Virus record (IMG/VR): IMGVR_UViG_2897328257_000003
Direction: 5' to 3' (one strand)
From: a virus
Lineage: Duplodnaviria > Heunggongvirae > Uroviricota > Caudoviricetes
Length of the DNA stretch: 64,000 nucleotides
Part shown: piece by piece, positions 29,501 to 41,500 of the stretch
How positions within the stretch are numbered: position 1 is the first letter of the stretch
How the letters are laid out: the number at the start of each line of letters is the position of its first letter
Made by a program: the position numbers and the translations under genes
Notes under the pieces: generated by a model
Databases searched by the model: none
The model's input: the letters and a program-made list of their open reading frames with translations, nothing else
What the model was told of the DNA's origin: nothing

Positions 29501-32500
29501 NNNNNNNNNNNNNNNNNNNNNNNNNNNNNNNNNNNNNNNNNNNNNNNNNNNNNNNNNNNNNNNNNNNNNNNNNNNNNNNNNNNNNNNNNNNNNNNNNNNN
29601 NNNNNNNNNNNNNNNNNNNNNNNNNNNNNNNNNNNNNNNNNNNNNNNNNNNNNNNNNNNNNNNNNNNNNNNNNNNNNNNNNNNNNNNNNNNNNNNNNNNN
29701 NNNNNNNNNNNNNNNNNNNNNNNNNNNNNNNNNNNNNNNNNNNNNNNNNNNNNNNNNNNNNNNNNNNNNNNNNNNNNNNNNNNNNNNNNNNNNNNNNNNN
29801 NNNNNNNNNNNNNNNNNNNNNNNNNNNNNNNNNNNNNNNNNNNNNNNNNNNNNNNNNNNNNNNNNNNNNNNNNNNNNNNNNNNNNNNNNNNNNNNNNNNN
29901 NNNNNNNNNNNNNNNNNNNNNNNNNNNNNNNNNNNNNNNNNNNNNNNNNNNNNNNNNNNNNNNNNNNNNNNNNNNNNNNNNNNNNNNNNNNNNNNNNNNN
30001 NNNNNNNNNNNNNNNNNNNNNNNNNNNNNNNNNNNNNNNNNNNNNNNNNNNNNNNNNNNNNNNNNNNNNNNNNNNNNNNNNNNNNNNNNNNNNNNNNNNN
30101 NNNNNNNNNNNNNNNNNNNNNNNNNNNNNNNNNNNNNNNNNNNNNNNNNNNNNNNNNNNNNNNNNNNNNNNNNNNNNNNNNNNNNNNNNNNNNNNNNNNN
30201 NNNNNNNNNNNNNNNNNNNNNNNNNNNNNNNNNNNNNNNNNNNNNNNNNNNNNNNNNNNNNNNNNNNNNNNNNNNNNNNNNNNNNNNNNNNNNNNNNNNN
30301 NNNNNNNNNNNNNNNNNNNNNNNNNNNNNNNNNNNNNNNNNNNNNNNNNNNNNNNNNNNNNNNNNNNNNNNNNNNNNNNNNNNNNNNNNNNNNNNNNNNN
30401 NNNNNNNNNNNNNNNNNNNNNNNNNNNNNNNNNNNNNNNNNNNNNNNNNNNNNNNNNNNNNNNNNNNNNNNNNNNNNNNNNNNNNNNNNNNNNNNNNNNN
30501 NNNNNNNNNNNNNNNNNNNNNNNNNNNNNNNNNNNNNNNNNNNNNNNNNNNNNNNNNNNNNNNNNNNNNNNNNNNNNNNNNNNNNNNNNNNNNNNNNNNN
30601 NNNNNNNNNNNNNNNNNNNNNNNNNNNNNNNNNNNNNNNNNNNNNNNNNNNNNNNNNNNNNNNNNNNNNNNNNNNNNNNNNNNNNNNNNNNNNNNNNNNN
30701 NNNNNNNNNNNNNNNNNNNNNNNNNNNNNNNNNNNNNNNNNNNNNNNNNNNNNNNNNNNNNNNNNNNNNNNNNNNNNNNNNNNNNNNNNNNNNNNNNNNN
30801 NNNNNNNNNNNNNNNNNNNNNNNNNNNNNNNNNNNNNNNNNNNNNNNNNNNNNNNNNNNNNNNNNNNNNNNNNNNNNNNNNNNNNNNNNNNNNNNNNNNN
30901 NNNNNNNNNNNNNNNNNNNNNNNNNNNNNNNNNNNNNNNNNNNNNNNNNNNNNNNNNNNNNNNNNNNNNNNNNNNNNNNNNNNNNNNNNNNNNNNNNNNN
31001 NNNNNNNNNNNNNNNNNNNNNNNNNNNNNNNNNNNNNNNNNNNNNNNNNNNNNNNNNNNNNNNNNNNNNNNNNNNNNNNNNNNNNNNNNNNNNNNNNNNN
31101 NNNNNNNNNNNNNNNNNNNNNNNNNNNNNNNNNNNNNNNNNNNNNNNNNNNNNNNNNNNNNNNNNNNNNNNNNNNNNNNNNNNNNNNNNNNNNNNNNNNN
31201 NNNNNNNNNNNNNNNNNNNNNNNNNNNNNNNNNNNNNNNNNNNNNNNNNNNNNNNNNNNNNNNNNNNNNNNNNNNNNNNNNNNNNNNNNNNNNNNNNNNN
31301 NNNNNNNNNNNNNNNNNNNNNNNNNNNNNNNNNNNNNNNNNNNNNNNNNNNNNNNNNNNNNNNNNNNNNNNNNNNNNNNNNNNNNNNNNNNNNNNNNNNN
31401 NNNNNNNNNNNNNNNNNNNNNNNNNNNNNNNNNNNNNNNNNNNNNNNNNNNNNNNNNNNNNNNNNNNNNNNNNNNNNNNNNNNNNNNNNNNNNNNNNNNN
31501 NNNNNNNNNNNNNNNNNNNNNNNNNNNNNNNNNNNNNNNNNNNNNNNNNNNNNNNNNNNNNNNNNNNNNNNNNNNNNNNNNNNNNNNNNNNNNNNNNNNN
31601 NNNNNNNNNNNNNNNNNNNNNNNNNNNNNNNNNNNNNNNNNNNNNNNNNNNNNNNNNNNNNNNNNNNNNNNNNNNNNNNNNNNNNNNNNNNNNNNNNNNN
31701 NNNNNNNNNNNNNNNNNNNNNNNNNNNNNNNNNNNNNNNNNNNNNNNNNNNNNNNNNNNNNNNNNNNNNNNNNNNNNNNNNNNNNNNNNNNNNNNNNNNN
31801 NNNNNNNNNNNNNNNNNNNNNNNNNNNNNNNNNNNNNNNNNNNNNNNNNNNNNNNNNNNNNNNNNNNNNNNNNNNNNNNNNNNNNNNNNNNNNNNNNNNN
31901 NNNNNNNNNNNNNNNNNNNNNNNNNNNNNNNNNNNNNNNNNNNNNNNNNNNNNNNNNNNNNNNNNNNNNNNNNNNNNNNNNNNNNNNNNNNNNNNNNNNN
32001 NNNNNNNNNNNNNNNNNNNNNNNNNNNNNNNNNNNNNNNNNNNNNNNNNNNNNNNNNNNNNNNNNNNNNNNNNNNNNNNNNNNNNNNNNNNNNNNNNNNN
32101 NNNNNNNNNNNNNNNNNNNNNNNNNNNNNNNNNNNNNNNNNNNNNNNNNNNNNNNNNNNNNNNNNNNNNNNNNNNNNNNNNNNNNNNNNNNNNNNNNNNN
32201 NNNNNNNNNNNNNNNNNNNNNNNNNNNNNNNNNNNNNNNNNNNNNNNNNNNNNNNNNNNNNNNNNNNNNNNNNNNNNNNNNNNNNNNNNNNNNNNNNNNN
32301 NNNNNNNNNNNNNNNNNNNNNNNNNNNNNNNNNNNNNNNNNNNNNNNNNNNNNNNNNNNNNNNNNNNNNNNNNNNNNNNNNNNNNNNNNNNNNNNNNNNN
32401 NNNNNNNNNNNNNNNNNNNNNNNNNNNNNNNNNNNNNNNNNNNNNNNNNNNNNNNNNNNNNNNNNNNNNNNNNNNNNNNNNNNNNNNNNNNNNNNNNNNN

Positions 32501-35500
32501 NNNNNNNNNNNNNNNNNNNNNNNNNNNNNNNNNNNNNNNNNNNNNNNNNNNNNNNNNNNNNNNNNNNNNNNNNNNNNNNNNNNNNNNNNNNNNNNNNNNN
32601 NNNNNNNNNNNNNNNNNNNNNNNNNNNNNNNNNNNNNNNNNNNNNNNNNNNNNNNNNNNNNNNNNNNNNNNNNNNNNNNNNNNNNNNNNNNNNNNNNNNN
32701 NNNNNNNNNNNNNNNNNNNNNNNNNNNNNNNNNNNNNNNNNNNNNNNNNNNNNNNNNNNNNNNNNNNNNNNNNNNNNNNNNNNNNNNNNNNNNNNNNNNN
32801 NNNNNNNNNNNNNNNNNNNNNNNNNNNNNNNNNNNNNNNNNNNNNNNNNNNNNNNNNNNNNNNNNNNNNNNNNNNNNNNNNNNNNNNNNNNNNNNNNNNN
32901 NNNNNNNNNNNNNNNNNNNNNNNNNNNNNNNNNNNNNNNNNNNNNNNNNNNNNNNNNNNNNNNNNNNNNNNNNNNNNNNNNNNNNNNNNNNNNNNNNNNN
33001 NNNNNNNNNNNNNNNNNNNNNNNNNNNNNNNNNNNNNNNNNNNNNNNNNNNNNNNNNNNNNNNNNNNNNNNNNNNNNNNNNNNNNNNNNNNNNNNNNNNN
33101 NNNNNNNNNNNNNNNNNNNNNNNNNNNNNNNNNNNNNNNNNNNNNNNNNNNNNNNNNNNNNNNNNNNNNNNNNNNNNNNNNNNNNNNNNNNNNNNNNNNN
33201 NNNNNNNNNNNNNNNNNNNNNNNNNNNNNNNNNNNNNNNNNNNNNNNNNNNNNNNNNNNNNNNNNNNNNNNNNNNNNNNNNNNNNNNNNNNNNNNNNNNN
33301 NNNNNNNNNNNNNNNNNNNNNNNNNNNNNNNNNNNNNNNNNNNNNNNNNNNNNNNNNNNNNNNNNNNNNNNNNNNNNNNNNNNNNNNNNNNNNNNNNNNN
33401 NNNNNNNNNNNNNNNNNNNNNNNNNNNNNNNNNNNNNNNNNNNNNNNNNNNNNNNNNNNNNNNNNNNNNNNNNNNNNNNNNNNNNNNNNNNNNNNNNNNN
33501 NNNNNNNNNNNNNNNNNNNNNNNNNNNNNNNNNNNNNNNNNNNNNNNNNNNNNNNNNNNNNNNNNNNNNNNNNNNNNNNNNNNNNNNNNNNNNNNNNNNN
33601 NNNNNNNNNNNNNNNNNNNNNNNNNNNNNNNNNNNNNNNNNNNNNNNNNNNNNNNNNNNNNNNNNNNNNNNNNNNNNNNNNNNNNNNNNNNNNNNNNNNN
33701 NNNNNNNNNNNNNNNNNNNNNNNNNNNNNNNNNNNNNNNNNNNNNNNNNNNNNNNNNNNNNNNNNNNNNNNNNNNNNNNNNNNNNNNNNNNNNNNNNNNN
33801 NNNNNNNNNNNNNNNNNNNNNNNNNNNNNNNNNNNNNNNNNNNNNNNNNNNNNNNNNNNNNNNNNNNNNNNNNNNNNNNNNNNNNNNNNNNNNNNNNNNN
33901 NNNNNNNNNNNNNNNNNNNNNNNNNNNNNNNNNNNNNNNNNNNNNNNNNNNNNNNNNNNNNNNNNNNNNNNNNNNNNNNNNNNNNNNNNNNNNNNNNNNN
34001 NNNNNNNNNNNNNNNNNNNNNNNNNNNNNNNNNNNNNNNNNNNNNNNNNNNNNNNNNNNNNNNNNNNNNNNNNNNNNNNNNNNNNNNNNNNNNNNNNNNN
34101 NNNNNNNNNNNNNNNNNNNNNNNNNNNNNNNNNNNNNNNNNNNNNNNNNNNNNNNNNNNNNNNNNNNNNNNNNNNNNNNNNNNNNNNNNNNNNNNNNNNN
34201 NNNNNNNNNNNNNNNNNNNNNNNNNNNNNNNNNNNNNNNNNNNNNNNNNNNNNNNNNNNNNNNNNNNNNNNNNNNNNNNNNNNNNNNNNNNNNNNNNNNN
34301 NNNNNNNNNNNNNNNNNNNNNNNNNNNNNNNNNNNNNNNNNNNNNNNNNNNNNNNNNNNNNNNNNNNNNNNNNNNNNNNNNNNNNNNNNNNNNNNNNNNN
34401 NNNNNNNNNNNNNNNNNNNNNNNNNNNNNNNNNNNNNNNNNNNNNNNNNNNNNNNNNNNNNNNNNNNNNNNNNNNNNNNNNNNNNNNNNNNNNNNNNNNN
34501 NNNNNNNNNNNNNNNNNNNNNNNNNNNNNNNNNNNNNNNNNNNNNNNNNNNNNNNNNNNNNNNNNNNNNNNNNNNNNNNNNNNNNNNNNNNNNNNNNNNN
34601 NNNNNNNNNNNNNNNNNNNNNNNNNNNNNNNNNNNNNNNNNNNNNNNNNNNNNNNNNNNNNNNNNNNNNNNNNNNNNNNNNNNNNNNNNNNNNNNNNNNN
34701 NNNNNNNNNNNNNNNNNNNNNNNNNNNNNNNNNNNNNNNNNNNNNNNNNNNNNNNNNNNNNNNNNNNNNNNNNNNNNNNNNNNNNNNNNNNNNNNNNNNN
34801 NNNNNNNNNNNNNNNNNNNNNNNNNNNNNNNNNNNNNNNNNNNNNNNNNNNNNNNNNNNNNNNNNNNNNNNNNNNNNNNNNNNNNNNNNNNNNNNNNNNN
34901 NNNNNNNNNNNNNNNNNNNNNNNNNNNNNNNNNNNNNNNNNNNNNNNNNNNNNNNNNNNNNNNNNNNNNNNNNNNNNNNNNNNNNNNNNNNNNNNNNNNN
35001 NNNNNNNNNNNNNNNNNNNNNNNNNNNNNNNNNNNNNNNNNNNNNNNNNNNNNNNNNNNNNNNNNNNNNNNNNNNNNNNNNNNNNNNNNNNNNNNNNNNN
35101 NNNNNNNNNNNNNNNNNNNNNNNNNNNNNNNNNNNNNNNNNNNNNNNNNNNNNNNNNNNNNNNNNNNNNNNNNNNNNNNNNNNNNNNNNNNNNNNNNNNN
35201 NNNNNNNNNNNNNNNNNNNNNNNNNNNNNNNNNNNNNNNNNNNNNNNNNNNNNNNNNNNNNNNNNNNNNNNNNNNNNNNNNNNNNNNNNNNNNNNNNNNN
35301 NNNNNNNNNNNNNNNNNNNNNNNNNNNNNNNNNNNNNNNNNNNNNNNNNNNNNNNNNNNNNNNNNNNNNNNNNNNNNNNNNNNNNNNNNNNNNNNNNNNN
35401 NNNNNNNNNNNNNNNNNNNNNNNNNNNNNNNNNNNNNNNNNNNNNNNNNNNNNNNNNNNNNNNNNNNNNNNNNNNNNNNNNNNNNNNNNNNNNNNNNNNN

Positions 35501-38500
35501 NNNNNNNNNNNNNNNNNNNNNNNNNNNNNNNNNNNNNNNNNNNNNNNNNNNNNNNNNNNNNNNNNNNNNNNNNNNNNNNNNNNNNNNNNNNNNNNNNNNN
35601 NNNNNNNNNNNNNNNNNNNNNNNNNNNNNNNNNNNNNNNNNNNNNNNNNNNNNNNNNNNNNNNNNNNNNNNNNNNNNNNNNNNNNNNNNNNNNNNNNNNN
35701 NNNNNNNNNNNNNNNNNNNNNNNNNNNNNNNNNNNNNNNNNNNNNNNNNNNNNNNNNNNNNNNNNNNNNNNNNNNNNNNNNNNNNNNNNNNNNNNNNNNN
35801 NNNNNNNNNNNNNNNNNNNNNNNNNNNNNNNNNNNNNNNNNNNNNNNNNNNNNNNNNNNNNNNNNNNNNNNNNNNNNNNNNNNNNNNNNNNNNNNNNNNN
35901 NNNNNNNNNNNNNNNNNNNNNNNNNNNNNNNNNNNNNNNNNNNNNNNNNNNNNNNNNNNNNNNNNNNNNNNNNNNNNNNNNNNNNNNNNNNNNNNNNNNN
36001 NNNNNNNNNNNNNNNNNNNNNNNNNNNNNNNNNNNNNNNNNNNNNNNNNNNNNNNNNNNNNNNNNNNNNNNNNNNNNNNNNNNNNNNNNNNNNNNNNNNN
36101 NNNNNNNNNNNNNNNNNNNNNNNNNNNNNNNNNNNNNNNNNNNNNNNNNNNNNNNNNNNNNNNNNNNNNNNNNNNNNNNNNNNNNNNNNNNNNNNNNNNN
36201 NNNNNNNNNNNNNNNNNNNNNNNNNNNNNNNNNNNNNNNNNNNNNNNNNNNNNNNNNNNNNNNNNNNNNNNNNNNNNNNNNNNNNNNNNNNNNNNNNNNN
36301 NNNNNNNNNNNNNNNNNNNNNNNNNNNNNNNNNNNNNNNNNNNNNNNNNNNNNNNNNNNNNNNNNNNNNNNNNNNNNNNNNNNNNNNNNNNNNNNNNNNN
36401 NNNNNNNNNNNNNNNNNNNNNNNNNNNNNNNNNNNNNNNNNNNNNNNNNNNNNNNNNNNNNNNNNNNNNNNNNNNNNNNNNNNNNNNNNNNNNNNNNNNN
36501 NNNNNNNNNNNNNNNNNNNNNNNNNNNNNNNNNNNNNNNNNNNNNNNNNNNNNNNNNNNNNNNNNNNNNNNNNNNNNNNNNNNNNNNNNNNNNNNNNNNN
36601 NNNNNNNNNNNNNNNNNNNNNNNNNNNNNNNNNNNNNNNNNNNNNNNNNNNNNNNNNNNNNNNNNNNNNNNNNNNNNNNNNNNNNNNNNNNNNNNNNNNN
36701 NNNNNNNNNNNNNNNNNNNNNNNNNNNNNNNNNNNNNNNNNNNNNNNNNNNNNNNNNNNNNNNNNNNNNNNNNNNNNNNNNNNNNNNNNNNNNNNNNNNN
36801 NNNNNNNNNNNNNNNNNNNNNNNNNNNNNNNNNNNNNNNNNNNNNNNNNNNNNNNNNNNNNNNNNNNNNNNNNNNNNNNNNNNNNNNNNNNNNNNNNNNN
36901 NNNNNNNNNNNNNNNNNNNNNNNNNNNNNNNNNNNNNNNNNNNNNNNNNNNNNNNNNNNNNNNNNNNNNNNNNNNNNNNNNNNNNNNNNNNNNNNNNNNN
37001 NNNNNNNNNNNNNNNNNNNNNNNNNNNNNNNNNNNNNNNNNNNNNNNNNNNNNNNNNNNNNNNNNNNNNNNNNNNNNNNNNNNNNNNNNNNNNNNNNNNN
37101 NNNNNNNNNNNNNNNNNNNNNNNNNNNNNNNNNNNNNNNNNNNNNNNNNNNNNNNNNNNNNNNNNNNNNNNNNNNNNNNNNNNNNNNNNNNNNNNNNNNN
37201 NNNNNNNNNNNNNNNNNNNNNNNNNNNNNNNNNNNNNNNNNNNNNNNNNNNNNNNNNNNNNNNNNNNNNNNNNNNNNNNNNNNNNNNNNNNNNNNNNNNN
37301 NNNNNNNNNNNNNNNNNNNNNNNNNNNNNNNNNNNNNNNNNNNNNNNNNNNNNNNNNNNNNNNNNNNNNNNNNNNNNNNNNNNNNNNNNNNNNNNNNNNN
37401 NNNNNNNNNNNNNNNNNNNNNNNNNNNNNNNNNNNNNNNNNNNNNNNNNNNNNNNNNNNNNNNNNNNNNNNNNNNNNNNNNNNNNNNNNNNNNNNNNNNN
37501 NNNNNNNNNNNNNNNNNNNNNNNNNNNNNNNNNNNNNNNNNNNNNNNNNNNNNNNNNNNNNNNNNNNNNNNNNNNNNNNNNNNNNNNNNNNNNNNNNNNN
37601 NNNNNNNNNNNNNNNNNNNNNNNNNNNNNNNNNNNNNNNNNNNNNNNNNNNNNNNNNNNNNNNNNNNNNNNNNNNNNNNNNNNNNNNNNNNNNNNNNNNN
37701 NNNNNNNNNNNNNNNNNNNNNNNNNNNNNNNNNNNNNNNNNNNNNNNNNNNNNNNNNNNNNNNNNNNNNNNNNNNNNNNNNNNNNNNNNNNNNNNNNNNN
37801 NNNNNNNNNNNNNNNNNNNNNNNNNNNNNNNNNNNNNNNNNNNNNNNNNNNNNNNNNNNNNNNNNNNNNNNNNNNNNNNNNNNNNNNNNNNNNNNNNNNN
37901 NNNNNNNNNNNNNNNNNNNNNNNNNNNNNNNNNNNNNNNNNNNNNNNNNNNNNNNNNNNNNNNNNNNNNNNNNNNNNNNNNNNNNNNNNNNNNNNNNNNN
38001 NNNNNNNNNNNNNNNNNNNNNNNNNNNNNNNNNNNNNNNNNNNNNNNNNNNNNNNNNNNNNNNNNNNNNNNNNNNNNNNNNNNNNNNNNNNNNNNNNNNN
38101 NNNNNNNNNNNNNNNNNNNNNNNNNNNNNNNNNNNNNNNNNNNNNNNNNNNNNNNNNNNNNNNNNNNNNNNNNNNNNNNNNNNNNNNNNNNNNNNNNNNN
38201 NNNNNNNNNNNNNNNNNNNNNNNNNNNNNNNNNNNNNNNNNNNNNNNNNNNNNNNNNNNNNNNNNNNNNNNNNNNNNNNNNNNNNNNNNNNNNNNNNNNN
38301 NNNNNNNNNNNNNNNNNNNNNNNNNNNNNNNNNNNNNNNNNNNNNNNNNNNNNNNNNNNNNNNNNNNNNNNNNNNNNNNNNNNNNNNNNNNNNNNNNNNN
38401 NNNNNNNNNNNNNNNNNNNNNNNNNNNNNNNNNNNNNNNNNNNNNNNNNNNNNNNNNNNNNNNNNNNNNNNNNNNNNNNNNNNNNNNNNNNNNNNNNNNN

Positions 38501-41500
38501 NNNNNNNNNNNNNNNNNNNNNNNNNNNNNNNNNNNNNNNNNNNNNNNNNNNNNNNNNNNNNNNNNNNNNNNNNNNNNNNNNNNNNNNNNNNNNNNNNNNN
38601 NNNNNNNNNNNNNNNNNNNNNNNNNNNNNNNNNNNNNNNNNNNNNNNNNNNNNNNNNNNNNNNNNNNNNNNNNNNNNNNNNNNNNNNNNNNNNNNNNNNN
38701 NNNNNNNNNNNNNNNNNNNNNNNNNNNNNNNNNNNNNNNNNNNNNNNNNNNNNNNNNNNNNNNNNNNNNNNNNNNNNNNNNNNNNNNNNNNNNNNNNNNN
38801 NNNNNNNNNNNNNNNNNNNNNNNNNNNNNNNNNNNNNNNNNNNNNNNNNNNNNNNNNNNNNNNNNNNNNNNNNNNNNNNNNNNNNNNNNNNNNNNNNNNN
38901 NNNNNNNNNNNNNNNNNNNNNNNNNNNNNNNNNNNNNNNNNNNNNNNNNNNNNNNNNNNNNNNNNNNNNNNNNNNNNNNNNNNNNNNNNNNNNNNNNNNN
39001 NNNNNNNNNNNNNNNNNNNNNNNNNNNNNNNNNNNNNNNNNNNNNNNNNNNNNNNNNNNNNNNNNNNNNNNNNNNNNNNNNNNNNNNNNNNNNNNNNNNN
39101 NNNNNNNNNNNNNNNNNNNNNNNNNNNNNNNNNNNNNNNNNNNNNNNNNNNNNNNNNNNNNNNNNNNNNNNNNNNNNNNNNNNNNNNNNNNNNNNNNNNN
39201 NNNNNNNNNNNNNNNNNNNNNNNNNNNNNNNNNNNNNNNNNNNNNNNNNNNNNNNNNNNNNNNNNNNNNNNNNNNNNNNNNNNNNNNNNNNNNNNNNNNN
39301 NNNNNNNNNNNNNNNNNNNNNNNNNNNNNNNNNNNNNNNNNNNNNNNNNNNNNNNNNNNNNNNNNNNNNNNNNNNNNNNNNNNNNNNNNNNNNNNNNNNN
39401 NNNNNNNNNNNNNNNNNNNNNNNNNNNNNNNNNNNNNNNNNNNNNNNNNNNNNNNNNNNNNNNNNNNNNNNNNNNNNNNNNNNNNNNNNNNNNNNNNNNN
39501 NNNNNNNNNNNNNNNNNNNNNNNNNNNNNNNNNNNNNNNNNNNNNNNNNNNNNNNNNNNNNNNNNNNNNNNNNNNNNNNNNNNNNNNNNNNNNNNNNNNN
39601 NNNNNNNNNNNNNNNNNNNNNNNNNNNNNNNNNNNNNNNNNNNNNNNNNNNNNNNNNNNNNNNNNNNNNNNNNNNNNNNNNNNNNNNNNNNNNNNNNNNN
39701 NNNNNNNNNNNNNNNNNNNNNNNNNNNNNNNNNNNNNNNNNNNNNNNNNNNNNNNNNNNNNNNNNNNNNNNNNNNNNNNNNNNNNNNNNNNNNNNNNNNN
39801 NNNNNNNNNNNNNNNNNNNNNNNNNNNNNNNNNNNNNNNNNNNNNNNNNNNNNNNNNNNNNNNNNNNNNNNNNNNNNNNNNNNNNNNNNNNNNNNNNNNN
39901 NNNNNNNNNNNNNNNNNNNNNNNNNNNNNNNNNNNNNNNNNNNNNNNNNNNNNNNNNNNNNNNNNNNNNNNNNNNNNNNNNNNNNNNNNNNNNNNNNNNN
40001 NNNNNNNNNNNNNNNNNNNNNNNNNNNNNNNNNNNNNNNNNNNNNNNNNNNNNNNNNNNNNNNNNNNNNNNNNNNNNNNNNNNNNNNNNNNNNNNNNNNN
40101 NNNNNNNNNNNNNNNNNNNNNNNNNNNNNNNNNNNNNNNNNNNNNNNNNNNNNNNNNNNNNNNNNNNNNNNNNNNNNNNNNNNNNNNNNNNNNNNNNNNN
40201 NNNNNNNNNNNNNNNNNNNNNNNNNNNNNNNNNNNNNNNNNNNNNNNNNNNNNNNNNNNNNNNNNNNNNNNNNNNNNNNNNNNNNNNNNNNNNNNNNNNN
40301 NNNNNNNNNNNNNNNNNNNNNNNNNNNNNNNNNNNNNNNNNNNNNNNNNNNNNNNNNNNNNNNNNNNNNNNNNNNNNNNNNNNNNNNNNNNNNNNNNNNN
40401 NNNNNNNNNNNNNNNNNNNNNNNNNNNNNNNNNNNNNNNNNNNNNNNNNNNNNNNNNNNNNNNNNNNNNNNNNNNNNNNNNNNNNNNNNNNNNNNNNNNN
40501 NNNNNNNNNNNNNNNNNNNNNNNNNNNNNNNNNNNNNNNNNNNNNNNNNNNNNNNNNNNNNNNNNNNNNNNNNNNNNNNNNNNNNNNNNNNNNNNNNNNN
40601 NNNNNNNNNNNNNNNNNNNNNNNNNNNNNNNNNNNNNNNNNNNNNNNNNNNNNNNNNNNNNNNNNNNNNNNNNNNNNNNNNNNNNNNNNNNNNNNNNNNN
40701 NNNNNNNNNNNNNNNNNNNNNNNNNNNNNNNNNNNNNNNNNNNNNNNNNNNNNNNNNNNNNNNNNNNNNNNNNNNNNNNNNNNNNNNNNNNNNNNNNNNN
40801 NNNNNNNNNNNNNNNNNNNNNNNNNNNNNNNNNNNNNNNNNNNNNNNNNNNNNNNNNNNNNNNNNNNNNNNNNNNNNNNNNNNNNNNNNNNNNNNNNNNN
40901 NNNNNNNNNNNNNNNNNNNNNNNNNNNNNNNNNNNNNNNNNNNNNNNNNNNNNNNNNNNNNNNNNNNNNNNNNNNNNNNNNNNNNNNNNNNNNNNNNNNN
41001 NNNNNNNNNNNNNNNNNNNNNNNNNNNNNNNNNNNNNNNNNNNNNNNNNNNNNNNNNNNNNNNNNNNNNNNNNNNNNNNNNNNNNNNNNNNNNNNNNNNN
41101 NNNNNNNNNNNNNNNNNNNNNNNNNNNNNNNNNNNNNNNNNNNNNNNNNNNNNNNNNNNNNNNNNNNNNNNNNNNNNNNNNNNNNNNNNNNNNNNNNNNN
41201 NNNNNNNNNNNNNNNNNNNNNNNNNNNNNNNNNNNNNNNNNNNNNNNNNNNNNNNNNNNNNNNNNNNNNNNNNNNNNNNNNNNNNNNNNNNNNNNNNNNN
41301 NNNNNNNNNNNNNNNNNNNNNNNNNNNNNNNNNNNNNNNNNNNNNNNNNNNNNNNNNNNNNNNNNNNNNNNNNNNNNNNNNNNNNNNNNNNNNNNNNNNN
41401 NNNNNNNNNNNNNNNNNNNNNNNNNNNNNNNNNNNNNNNNNNNNNNNNNNNNNNNNNNNNNNNNNNNNNNNNNNNNNNNNNNNNNNNNNNNNNNNNNNNN